A DNA stretch of 64,000 bases from Hyaloraphidium curvatum SAG 235-1 (Eukaryota; Fungi; Monoblepharomycota): the NCBI GenBank assembly GCA_025558095.1, contig JAIVFI010000026.1, forward strand, positions 248,001-312,000. The letters are read 5' to 3'. The translations under genes were made by a program, and so were the position numbers. The notes below the pieces were generated by a model. The model searched no databases. It was not told the origin of the DNA and worked only from the letters and a program-made list of their open reading frames with translations. Positions within the stretch are counted from its first letter, which is position 1. The number at the start of each line of letters is the position of its first letter. This document shows positions 54,253 through 64,000 of the stretch, piece by piece.

Positions 54253-55264
54253 ATGCCCGACTTCCCGAAGAAGTGGACGGCCGCGGATCTCCCGAACCTC
54301 GCCGGCCGTCGCGTCGTTGTGACGGGCGCCAACTCGGGCCTGGGACTCGGCACCGCCACCGAGCTCGCCCGCAAAGGAGCGGCGGTGTGGCTTGCGTGCC
54401 GCAGCGTCGAGAAGGGGGAGGAGGCAGCCAAAAAGATCAGGGAGCAGGTGCCCGGGGCCGACGTCCGGGTGGCGCCGCCGCTGGACCTCGGGGACCTCGA
54501 GAGCGTGAAGAGGTTCGCCGAGGCGGTGGGGAAGGAGTGGGGGAAGCTCGATGTGCTCTGCAACAACGCCGGCGGTGGGTGGAACGGCTGTCGGGAGGAA
54601 GGCCGCACTGATCCGAGTCTTCCGCCCAGTCATGGCCATTCCGGAGAGGAAGCTGACCAAGGAAGGCTTCGAGATGCAGTTCGGCACGAACCACCTCGGC
54701 CATTTTGCCCTCACCGCCCACCTCTGGCCGTACCTGAAGGCCGCCGACGCGCCCCGCGTCGTGAACGTCTCCTCCATGATGGCGAACTACTCGCCCCGCT
54801 TCGACTTCTCCAACCTTCCCGACTGGAAATCCGGCTACGGCGCCCAGGTCGCCTACTCGTACTCCAAGCTCGCCAACCTCCTCTTCTCGCACGAGCTCCA
54901 GCGCCGCGCCGACGCCGCCGAGGGCGGCCGATCCAAGGTCACCGTCGTCTCGGCGCACCCGGGCTACACCTCGACCAACCTGCAGTTCACCGGACCCGAG
55001 GCCACCTCGGGCTTCAAGCGCTACGTGATGGGGGCCATGAACGGGCTGTTTGCCCAGGACGTGTCGATGGGTATCCTGCCGCAGCTGCTTGCGTGCGCGG
55101 CCAAGGAGGCGCCGAGGGACGGGTACGTCGGACCCGCGGGGCTGACGGGGATGGGAGGGTACCCTGGGATCGTGACGGAGCCGAAGCTCGCCGCGGACAC
55201 GGGGATGGCGAAGGAGCTGTGGGAGAAGAGCGAGCAGTGGACCAAGACCAAGTTCGACTTTTGA
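54253..55264 (+). CDS. SDR, retinol dehydrogenase/WWOX-like, two exons
   Basis: VVVTGANSGLG, LDVLCNNAG|VMA, FEMQFGTNHLGHF, RVVNVSS, YSYSK, SAHPG. Confidence 0.93.
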
Positions 55265-55376
55265 TTCCGATGTAGATGCTCGTGATTTAGCTCCAGAGCT
55301 TGGGAGCTGCGCCTCGAGAAAGGGCGGGACAAGCGCCCCAAGCCTTCGAAAAATCCGTGACCACGCCCAGCACGAA

Positions 55377-56723
55377 ATGGCCGCCGGCGAGCCCTCCGTC
55401 GCGTTCCGCGCCAAAGACGGCAGCGTTTTCCGCGTCCCGCTGGCGGCGGCGCGCGCCTTCAGCGCGGGGCCGGTGCGGAGTGCGCTGGACTTTGATCCGG
55501 CCGCCCTTTCCGCCGAGCCCGAGTTTGAGCTCCGCCACGCCGGCGGCGCGGTGGCGCGGAAGCTGGCGGGCTTTATTACTCACGGCCTTGCGGATATCGG
55601 CGCCGAGCTGCTTGCAGCAATGTGTTCTTCGTCGGCGGGCGAGACTTTGGAGCTCTTCCGCGAAGCCGATTTTCTGGACTGCCCCGCGCTCGCAGACGCC
55701 TCCGCCCGAGCACTGTTTGAGTCGGCGCTGCAGGGTGATGCCGCCGCACAGAGGGCCCTCCTCGAGCCGGACGTCGCGGCCGCCCTGTCCCCCCAGCAGG
55801 TCGCGCTGGTCGCGGACATGGCGCGGGCCGCGCAGCCCGACGTAGGCAGCGCGGCCGCCGCCACGGAAATCGCCGTGCAGATGGTCGCCACCATGCGCTG
55901 CATGGAGCTCGACGCCGCCGTGCAGCGCCGGCGCCTGCTGGAGCAGTTCGAGGGCCGCACGAGGTTCCTGCACAAGCTGCACCCGCCGGTCGACGACCTG
56001 CAGCGCACATGGCGGCCCCACGGCCGCTCCCTGGACGTCAGGGAGCACCCCTTCTTCCGGTTCCCGGTCGGATGCCGGGAATCCATCCTCGCGCTGGATC
56101 TAGGGCATGGGTCGATAGAGGTCCGGACCGTGCAGGTCGACGGCCGTTTCCCGGACCCCCTGGCGGAGGAGAAGGACATGCCTGCCGAGCCCATCTCCCT
56201 CCTCTTCATCGCCTCTTCCTGCGAAAGCGACAGGGACCTGGAGCCTGTCCGCGAGCTGCGCCGCATCGCCGCCGGCGCGGGCGTCGCGCACTGGTACCAC
56301 GAGGACCGCGGCGGCAGGCACCGGTTCGACGAATTGGACGACCATATCCTCCAGATGGACAGCGTTGGCGTCCTGGGGGTCGCCTTCCCCGCCCCCGAGC
56401 CGCGCGCATTCGTGCCCTGGCTGCTCCGCACGGCGCCCGGCTGCAGCGCCGACCTGCTGACGACCTACATCTCGCAGGCGCCGTTCCTTTCCGTCTGCGG
56501 GGCAGGGATGGATCCCGAGCAGGCGTGTGCGGCGGCGGACGCGTTGGAAGGGGAACGGCTGCACAGGTACGGGCAGGAGGCCGACACCGTCCGGCTCGGG
56601 AGGAGGGTGTGGGACCGAGTAGGGTACGACGCGACCCCAGATCAGTGGGCGACAACGTGGGACACGATGAACGGGTGGATTAAGGAAGAGGAAGAGGAGC
56701 TGGCGGAAGGGATGTGGATCTAA
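55377..56723 (+). CDS. Skp1/BTB-like N-terminal domain fused to an unknown domain
   Basis: VAFRAKDGSVFRVP...LELFREADFLDCPALADAS resembles the Skp1/BTB pattern; intronless 448-aa ORF. Confidence 0.75.
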   Translation: MAAGEPSVAFRAKDGSVFRVPLAAARAFSAGPVRSALDFDPAALSAEPEFELRHAGGAVARKLAGFITHGLADIGAELLAAMCSSSAGETLELFREADFLDCPALADASARALFESALQGDAAAQRALLEPDVAAALSPQQVALVADMARAAQPDVGSAAAATEIAVQMVATMRCMELDAAVQRRRLLEQFEGRTRFLHKLHPPVDDLQRTWRPHGRSLDVREHPFFRFPVGCRESILALDLGHGSIEVRTVQVDGRFPDPLAEEKDMPAEPISLLFIASSCESDRDLEPVRELRRIAAGAGVAHWYHEDRGGRHRFDELDDHILQMDSVGVLGVAFPAPEPRAFVPWLLRTAPGCSADLLTTYISQAPFLSVCGAGMDPEQACAAADALEGERLHRYGQEADTVRLGRRVWDRVGYDATPDQWATTWDTMNGWIKEEEEELAEGMWI

Positions 56724-56779
56724 ACGGGCCGGGCAAGTTGTAGAGTTGACCGCTGTAAATTTGCCAAGTGTTCTAATCG

Positions 56780-57751
56780 TCATCTTGGGGAATAGGTCCC
56801 ATCCTCACTACCGGATGACGTTGCCCTTCTTTTTCCGGACGCCCCCGCCCGGCGCCTCTTGATCGAAGATGGCTTCGAGGCCCCCGGGCCCGCTCTTGGT
56901 GCACGCTCCTCACTGCCCCGCCGGGGCTTTTTCGCCTCCTTCCGCCGAACGTCCTGGTCGATCTCCTCCTGCAGGAGTTGCAGATAGCCCTCCGTCACCT
57001 CCTCGTCGAGTCCCAAGCGGACGACCGCAGCGGCCGCCTCCTCGTTGCCCCGGTCGGCGGCCTTGTGGTACCACAGGAGAGCCCGGGGCAGGTCCACGGC
57101 ACCGTAGCTCCCGCTCTCGAAGTAGCGCCCGCGGTCAAGCAGGGCCTCGGAGTGACGCCGGGTCCCGGCCGTGCTGGAGAACACCGACACCAGCGCCCGC
57201 TTCACTTCGTCGTCGGTCCGGCCTTCCGGCGCGAGCTGGGCTTCTGGTTGTGTCCGTGTTGCTGCGTTGCTGTAGTGAACCGTCGGTTCCCCTGGCTCTT
57301 TCGGTAGCCCGACTCCGCTGTCGTACCGAATCGCGAGCAGGAGGCCATCGGCCGTGTCCTGCTGCGCCGCCAGGTGTTGGTCCTGCTCCGCGAGGCTGTA
57401 CCAGTGCACGGCCGCTGCCTCATGCTGCTGGGCCGCCCCCACGTTCGGAAACCAGTAGCCCGCGCCCTGGAACCTGGCGAGCCAGGCCTGGGCTTCGGCG
57501 CTCCCCAGCTCCGCGGCCCGGCTCAGGCAGCCCGCGGCACCGGCAATGTCGAAGGCGGCGCCGCCCTCCCCCGCGAGCTGCCTCACGCCGAGCTCGCACA
57601 GCGCGTCGGCGTCATTGTAGTATGCGCGCTGCCAGAGTATCTCGATGGGCAGGCCGCCGAGCCTGCGCGGGCCGGCGCTCAGGGCGAGGGTCCGCAGGGC
57701 GTTGGCGGCCTGGGTCGGGGCCGCGGACGGCGGGAGAAAGTTCGCGTTCAT
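56780..57751 (-). CDS. Sel1-like repeat protein
   Basis: DADALCELG, AAGCLSRAAELGSAEAQAWL, AVHWYSLAE, DLPRALLWYHKAADRGNEEA; basic tail. The start may lie further upstream. Confidence 0.75.
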   Translation of the reverse strand: MNANFLPPSAAPTQAANALRTLALSAGPRRLGGLPIEILWQRAYYNDADALCELGVRQLAGEGGAAFDIAGAAGCLSRAAELGSAEAQAWLARFQGAGYWFPNVGAAQQHEAAAVHWYSLAEQDQHLAAQQDTADGLLLAIRYDSGVGLPKEPGEPTVHYSNAATRTQPEAQLAPEGRTDDEVKRALVSVFSSTAGTRRHSEALLDRGRYFESGSYGAVDLPRALLWYHKAADRGNEEAAAAVVRLGLDEEVTEGYLQLLQEEIDQDVRRKEAKKPRRGSEERAPRAGPGASKPSSIKRRRAGASGKRRATSSGSEDGTYSPR

Positions 57752-58354
57752 CGTTCGGGGCGGCGGCCATGGCGGAGCGCGTGCTTGGCGGGCCGGGTTA
57801 TGTCTTCGGGCGGGATCGGGGCTTTGGTGGGAGGGTGGGGGCTCGGCGTGTGGCTGTGTGGCGAAGCAACCGAACCCCCGACAAGCACCGACAACGACCG
57901 ACCGGGCCGCTCTGTCGGAACCGAAGCCGCTAAATGGCGGCGACGACGCGAACCGAAGACAAAGGGCTCGCATGGCATCGTCCAGGACGTCTGCAGACTG
58001 CATGTCCGTAGCGAATGTCCGTTTGGAATGCGAACGGTTTTCGTGGCCGAGCGCGCGCCTCCTCGCAGTTGGCTGAACGTGATGCTCACGAGAGTGTGAA
58101 CGTGGCAATGAAGTGAGCCACCGTAGTAGTCGTTCGAAGAGCCAAGGGGGCCCGTACCCCCCGCACCCTTCTCGCCCTCGCAATATTACAAACCGCGAGG
58201 TCCGCGACCGTATTGCCATATGTGCCAAACCGCGAGTGAAATTAAAACAGAGAGGTACATAATCATTCCAATTGTCAGCCTTGCTCCCCAGGCGCAAGCA
58301 ACCGCGCACTTCCAACTTTCCACAAAGCTCCCGAAGACGCAAGCAGCCAGGCGG

Positions 58355-59297
58355 CTACGAATTCGAATCCCCCTTGTAGCCCTGCAGCAACCGCAGCACC
58401 ACATTGTCCGCATCCGCCCCCGCATACGAGTCCTCCCCGATCCAGTACCGCAAATCCGTCCATTCCGTGCCCTGGACGTCGGCCAGCACCGGTCCGAACC
58501 CGCGGCCGTCGAACGCGGGCGGCGACGCATGCGGCGCAGCGGGCAGGGCCACATTGCTGCCCTGCAGCGGGGAGGGGTACCCCACGGGGTTGGCCGGAAT
58601 CTCCGGCTCCGGGGACCAGAGCCCCTTCCCGTGTCGGCGGGCGCATCCTCCGTCCCCCTGCAGGCTCCAGACGACGGCATCCGCCCCCAGGCGCGCCCGG
58701 ACGACCTCGGCCTCGCGCTCGCGCTGCACTTCCATGAGCCCCTTTATCGTGCTCCGCGCGCGCTGGATGATGGCGATCTTGGTGTTGGGCTCGCCGGGTG
58801 CCGGCGGCGGCAGCACGGCCTCGAGCAGCTCGATCTCTGCTTTGAGGGCGTCCCGCTTGAGCTTCTCTGCGTCCTGCGGGGTGCGGGTGAGCGGCTGTGC
58901 CTGCCGGGAGCGGCACGGGTTGGAGGACCTTTTTCTGGATGCGCGGGCCGGGTTTGGGCGGGCGACCGGGCCGCGTCCTGGGCGGCGCCCGTGCCTGGAC
59001 CTGCGCTTTGGGGTCCGGATAAAGGGGCGGGTCCGGTCCCGGGCGGTGCGGTCCCGGGCCGGGTAGCGCGGCCGGCGGCGCGGGGCCGGGCGCGTCGGCG
59101 GCGGGATGGCCGTAATCATCCGGCAGCACAGGCGGCGCTGGCCTGGCGCCGCCCTTTGCCAGCACGCGCGAGAAGGCGCGCGAGACGGCGGCGGGGCCCG
59201 AGGCGGGGCCGGCCTGCAGCGCGGCGTCGTCCGCGTCCCCGAGCACTTCCCGCAGCCACGCGCGCGGCGGCGACGGCGTCCGCGACGGCCCGTCCAT
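58355..59297 (-). CDS. Atypical bHLH transcription factor with an AT-hook-like motif, two exons
   Basis: RPGRPPK...IQKK spliced to DAEKLKRDALKAEIELLEAVLP...NTKIAIIQRARSTIKGL (helix-loop-helix pattern). Confidence 0.65.
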
Positions 59298-60308
59298 CGA
59301 GGTGGGCCTGGAAGTGGCCAACTCGTGGTTGGCTGAAACCACCGACCCGGAAGCTCCTTGTCGCGTGACTCAAAAAAAAACCCGACTCCACATGAATATG
59401 AGCGAGAGAGCAATGTGCTATTCTTGCACAGGCCGGGCGATTAGCCGGATGACCCGCTTGGAGGATTCGTGAGTCGCGCCGGAATTCTCGCCAGGGAGTG
59501 CCGTTGAGATCCGCCCCCGTCCCATGCACACGTCCCATGCACGTGGCGATCTCGCCAACAGGAGTGCGTCAGCAGCACGGAGGCGGGTAGCTGCTACCGC
59601 AAGGATGGTTTGGGAACCTGTTGGCTCGCGCAGCCGGTGCGACAGAGGCCGCCACGCTTCCGGCCGAAGCGCAAGATTCGGCAGCCCGGCGGGACATGCT
59701 CGGCGGTGCCGACAATGGGATGGCCCGGCTCGACGGATGGCTCTCTGGAAGATGGCATCCGCCGGCCGGGCAGGCACCGCGACCGTGCTGCGCATGGTGG
59801 AAAACGGTACGTATGCATCCAGTGATCGGAGTTGCAGGTGGCGGGGCAGTCCCGATGCGATCGCGTGCGAATGCCTCTTCCTCGGCAGAGGGCCGATTGG
59901 CAAGAGGGTCGATGGTCAAACAAGCAGCTTTGGCAACTGAACAACAGATGGTATCCGCTTTTTGGGCGCGACCATCGTGTCCGTTCAAGTCAGCACGGAC
60001 CCATGTCGTCGATGACTGGACCCCGGTTGGTCCCTCCGCGACCCGTAACTCTTGGAATCGTCCCGCCAGGCCCTTGGCAGAGCAAAATCCGCCCGTGCCC
60101 GCGATCCCGGGCCGACAAGCACTTCTCTTCCTCGGTGCGTTCTCCGGAGGCGCCCGCGATTCGCGCGCAACGTGCGCGGGACCCGCCGTGGGACATCGCT
60201 GACCAGGCACTCTATCGCCAAAATCAAATCCTGGCTCCAAAGGTTGTCAACCGTGCCCTCAGCACCTTGCATCCCCTGGCAACAGTGCACACCACGACGT
60301 CCGCGACC

Positions 60309-61757
60309 TCAGACCGTGCCCTCAATATCCTCCATCCGTCCCGCGACGCCCACAGCCAGGCTCCCCGCCCCTTCAAAGTCCCCGAACTGGTCCAGCTCCT
60401 CCAGCAAGCCCACCGCAAACAGCCCCGCCCTCTCCCCATCTCCCACGTCCGACATCAGCGCCACCGCCTCCTCCTCGGACGCGCCACCACGCTTCTCCCC
60501 CCGGAAGCGGTCCCACAGGAACCTCCCGTCCGGCGACACCCACGCCCACGCCAGCGCCGCGCAGGCGAGCGCCGCCATCCCCACCGCCCCCGCGCCCAAC
60601 CACGCCGCGCGCTCGTACGCGAGCGTCCCCAGCGCCGTCCCGGCGAACGTGCCGAGGTACGCGAGCACCATGTACACAGCGTTTGCGCGGGACTTGTGCC
60701 CCGGCAGCGCCGAAAACACGCGGAGCTGGTTGCCGACCTGCTGCAGCTGCCTCCCCAGGTCCGTCAAAAAGGCACAGGCGAAGAGGGCGGCGAGGTGCCG
60801 CGTGCCCGAGGCCAGCGCGACGGTCCATGCAAGGAACTGCGCGGTGATACCCAGTGCAACGAGTTTGTGCGGGGGAAAGGGGAGGATGCCGGCCAAGGGG
60901 GCGGCGAGGATGCCGCCCATCCCCGCCAGGCCGAGGAGGCCGATGGTCGACACCGGGAGGCCGTATGCGGGGGATCCCATGAGGTACACCGAAGTGGTCC
61001 AGTACGAGGCCATCGAGAGGAAGCAAAAGAAGGCGATAGCGGCGGATTGCTGCAGCACGGCGCGGGTGCCGGCCAGCTTCAGGCTGGAGAGGATGAGGCG
61101 CGGGTAGCGCACAACGCTGCCCTCCTCCGCCGGCGGGATCTCGGGGAAGAAGAGGATCAGCAGCGCGAGCACGGCCACCTGGGTTGCCACGGCTACGCCG
61201 AACGAGGTGCGCCACCCCAGCGCGTCCGCGACGAGGCCCGAGACCACCCGCCCGTAGAGCACGCCGACCTGCGTGCAGCCGACCGTCAGCCCGACGTCGA
61301 CCGACATCCGGTTCGAGAGGTCCGCGACGGTGGGCACGACGATCTGGGGCAGCACGGTGAAGAGGCCGAGGAGGAAGTGGAAGGCCTGGAGGGCGGCCAT
61401 GCCCTGTGCCAGCGCGCAGAGGGCTGTGAGCACCGAGCATAGCGACGTCAGGATGAGAACCAGCGGCCGCCTGGGGATCACATCGCCGAGCGGCGTGATC
61501 AGGAGGAGCCCCAAGCAGTATCCCGCCTGCGCCAGCGCGACGAGCGACGACGCCGCGGTCTTTGTCGCTCCGAACTGCTCGACATAGTCGTTCAGCAGCG
61601 GCTGCGAGATGTACAGGTTCGACACGCCGACGAGGCTCGCGACGCCGAACAGCAGCACGAGCGGCCGCGGGATGCCGCCCCCTCGCGCGAGCCGCGGAAC
61701 GGTGCGGCCGACGATGGGCAGCCAGTGGGAGAGGAACGTGCCGTCGGGCGCGGCCAT
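60309..61757 (-). CDS. MFS transporter
   Basis: VSNLYISQPLL, QAGYCLGLLLITPLGDVIPRR, GRVVSGLVADALGWR, SRANAVYM; about 12 TM; intronless. Confidence 0.9.
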   Translation of the reverse strand: MAAPDGTFLSHWLPIVGRTVPRLARGGGIPRPLVLLFGVASLVGVSNLYISQPLLNDYVEQFGATKTAASSLVALAQAGYCLGLLLITPLGDVIPRRPLVLILTSLCSVLTALCALAQGMAALQAFHFLLGLFTVLPQIVVPTVADLSNRMSVDVGLTVGCTQVGVLYGRVVSGLVADALGWRTSFGVAVATQVAVLALLILFFPEIPPAEEGSVVRYPRLILSSLKLAGTRAVLQQSAAIAFFCFLSMASYWTTSVYLMGSPAYGLPVSTIGLLGLAGMGGILAAPLAGILPFPPHKLVALGITAQFLAWTVALASGTRHLAALFACAFLTDLGRQLQQVGNQLRVFSALPGHKSRANAVYMVLAYLGTFAGTALGTLAYERAAWLGAGAVGMAALACAALAWAWVSPDGRFLWDRFRGEKRGGASEEEAVALMSDVGDGERAGLFAVGLLEELDQFGDFEGAGSLAVGVAGRMEDIEGTV

Positions 61758-62198
61758 CGGGGCATCGCTCGCGGCCTGCCGCAGAAAAGGGAAGGAGGAG
61801 GAGGGCGCTATCGTTTCTGAGCGCCTGGAAGGGGCAGCACTTGCGCCATCGATCGTGAACGGTGCTGAGTGCCATTGCATGGCGGCGGCCGCCCCGATGT
61901 AACGGCCGATCCGAGCTGGACGGACCCTGAAAGCCAAGCCTCGCGATGCAACGCGAGCACTAATTTTGGATGTCAAGGGCGAGTTCTGTCGAGATCCCGA
62001 ACCGGATTCATCGCAGAGTCGACATGACGGTGCAACACGTCATTGATTGTAGTGCATCTACTCGGACATCCTCAAAAGCCATTCCTACAGAGAAACGTGC
62101 TGCCACCTCCATCAGATTCTGATACTTGACAGTCAGTGGCTTCACAATATGTGTAGCACAACGGGACGATGCCACATATTGGCGTCTTGCACTCATCC

Positions 62199-62924
62199 TC
62201 ACCAAGACTCGCCGAAGGGCCTGATTACCACGTCGAACGCCCACGCGGACCTGGGCTGATGCGCGACCCGGAAACATTCCTCGGCAATGTCCACCGGCTT
62301 GCAGAAGTACTCGTCGGGCTTGTCCGCAAGCCACTTGCTCCGGATGGGCTCCATGTCGATCGCAGCGTCGATGACGACGTACGCGGCGTGCACGCCTTTC
62401 GGGCCCGAAGTGCGGGCGATGGCTTCCAGCAGGATGCGCTGGGCAGCCTTCGTGGGGGCGTACGCGGCGAAGCTGGGCTTGCCCCGGTACGCGGAGGTGT
62501 TGCCGGTGGCCATGAACACGCCTCCCCCGGCGGCGATCATGTCGGGGACGGTGAGCTGCGACAGCTTGAGGAGCGCCGACGCGTTGACCCTGAAGTTGCG
62601 CTCGAAGTCATCGATCTTGGCGTCGAGGAAGGATCCCATTGAGGCCGCCTGGACTGCATTGTGCAGCACGACCGAGATGGGGCCGAGCCGAGTCTTGACT
62701 TGGGCCACCGTTGCCTCAAGCTGGGCGAAGTCGGCCACGTCGCAGGGGAACGGGACCAGGGCTCCCGACGGGTCCTCGGCGGCATAGGCATTCAGCCTTT
62801 TCGCGTCCCTTGCCAGCATGGCTACGCGGTAACCGCCGGCAGCAAAGCGCTTGGCGAGCGCGATTCCGGTGCCGCTGCCGATGCCGGTGATGAGGGCGAC
62901 CTTTTGCGTAGCTGGGGACGCCAT
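62199..62924 (-). CDS. SDR oxidoreductase, bacterial-like
   Basis: ALITGIGSGTG, VVLHNA, ATGNTSAYRG, YAPTK, GVHAAYVVID, RPFGESW; intronless. Confidence 0.9.
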   Translation of the reverse strand: MASPATQKVALITGIGSGTGIALAKRFAAGGYRVAMLARDAKRLNAYAAEDPSGALVPFPCDVADFAQLEATVAQVKTRLGPISVVLHNAVQAASMGSFLDAKIDDFERNFRVNASALLKLSQLTVPDMIAAGGGVFMATGNTSAYRGKPSFAAYAPTKAAQRILLEAIARTSGPKGVHAAYVVIDAAIDMEPIRSKWLADKPDEYFCKPVDIAEECFRVAHQPRSAWAFDVVIRPFGESW

Positions 62925-63160
62925 CGGTTCTGGTCGGCCGTGCAGCAAAGTATCTCTCCCCGCCAAGTCTTTCGAGGCGGAGCTGCGCGGACGGAAGAAA
63001 CGTCGTTGACGCCGGGACGGAAGTAATGTTGTAGTAGTTTGGTGGGTGGTTTGGGACGCAGCGGCGAAACCGCGGCTTTGCCGAGCCGCCGTTTTGAGAG
63101 AGAGTATTCACAGGGAAGAAGGAAGACCGCCGCCGCCGCGCCTCCCTACGTACCGCAGAC

Positions 63161-64000
63161 ATGGGGACCGCGGACCGGATCGCGGTGTATGCGTCGCAGC
63201 TCTCCTCCGCGGGCAATGCCGGCAATGCGCTGCTCCACCTTGCTCCGGTTGCCGGGGGCACGGGCAAGCCCAAGGTGGGGCGCTCCCGGCCTCCGCTGTA
63301 TGGCGCGTGAAACGAGCGACGGCGCAGCTCCTGGACGCCCAGAACGCCCCAAACCCTCGCCTCGTGCGTCGGTTCATCTACGAAAAGGGCATCGCGGACG
63401 AAGTCGAGGTGGTCAACGTGGACCTGATGGGAATGGAGAACCGAAGGGAGCCTTAGTACGCTTCCGCGTCCCGCGCGGGGAGCATCGACGCTGATCTGCG
63501 GCCGCAGCTTGAGCAAGAACCCCGCGGGCATGCTCCCGGCCCTCGAGCTCCCCGACGGCACCGTGGTCGCCGAATCCACCGTCATCTGCGAACTCCTTCA
63601 CGACCTGTTTCCCGACCGCGGCCCCGACATGCTCGGCGCGACCCCCGCCGAACGTGCCGTCACCCACATGTGGCTGCGGCGGATCGACCACAGGGTCGGC
63701 GAGCCGCTCACGCACGCGTTCAAGTTCGGCGCGGCGGCAAAGTTCTTCGCGCCGCGAATGAAGATCTATCCCGAGGGCGTGCCATCGTACAAGGCCATGG
63801 CCACGGACGGGATTGCGTGGTTCGAGGAGCAGATGGCCAAGGGTGGGAAGCCCTACCTGCAGGGCGACAGGATGATGCTTTCGGACCTGTGAGCGCTACG
63901 TTCCCGTTCCGTTGTGCGGGGTTTGATCCACGGCGCAGGGTCCTCTACAACCTCCTGTCCGCCAAAAACACGGTGGCGCCCGAGCACAAGGCGCTCCAGG
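63161..64000 (+). CDS. Glutathione S-transferase with an N-terminal PTS2, multi-exon, 3'-truncated by the window
   Basis: MGTADRIAVYASQL..GKPK|LLDAQNAPNPRLVRRFIYEKG...PY|LSKNPAGMLPALELPDGTVVAESTVICE; YLQGDRMMLSD. Confidence 0.88.

Noticed and set aside
59400-60300. Several overlapping ORFs between the bHLH and MFS genes
   Set aside because: No recognisable domains or coding bias; treated as intergenic.
60250-60340. Short direct repeat accgtgccctca at the MFS 3' end
   Set aside because: A 12-nt core in two copies; most simply a small local duplication with no evidence of function.

Overview
High-GC, gene-dense eukaryotic DNA with many short GT-AG introns; not bacterial, and no rRNA, tRNA, CRISPR array or transposase was recognised. 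Fungal-type metabolic genes together with an outer-dynein-arm docking subunit point to an early-diverging zoosporic-lineage fungus such as a monoblepharid (inference only). About 36 genes were modelled by eye: hydrolases, four SDRs, a thiolase-like protein, a cupin, an SRPBCC protein, an aldehyde oxidase, a P450, a PhyH dioxygenase, a macrodomain-SirTM fusion, adenosine deaminase, a fucosyltransferase-like protein, an AKR, an MFS transporter, a GST, and ankyrin, Sel1, MYND and bHLH proteins. The most interesting items are four uncharacterised paralog families: (1) three 7-TM proteins whose topology and C-terminal motif resemble the insect OR/GR-like (7TMIC/DUF3537) channel superfamily; (2) a tandem triplet of multi-Ubl genes whose last ubiquitin lacks K48/K63 and is fused to a basic tail; (3) two secreted proteins built from a duplicated beta-rich domain with conserved introns and RDGK motifs; (4) two Skp1/BTB-like fusions with a shared unknown C-terminal domain. 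Also notable are an EsV-1-7 (giant-virus-type) Cys/His repeat protein, many peroxisomal targeting signals on bacterial-looking enzymes, and about seven frameshift lesions (pseudogenes or assembly errors). Exon boundaries were read manually and are approximate.
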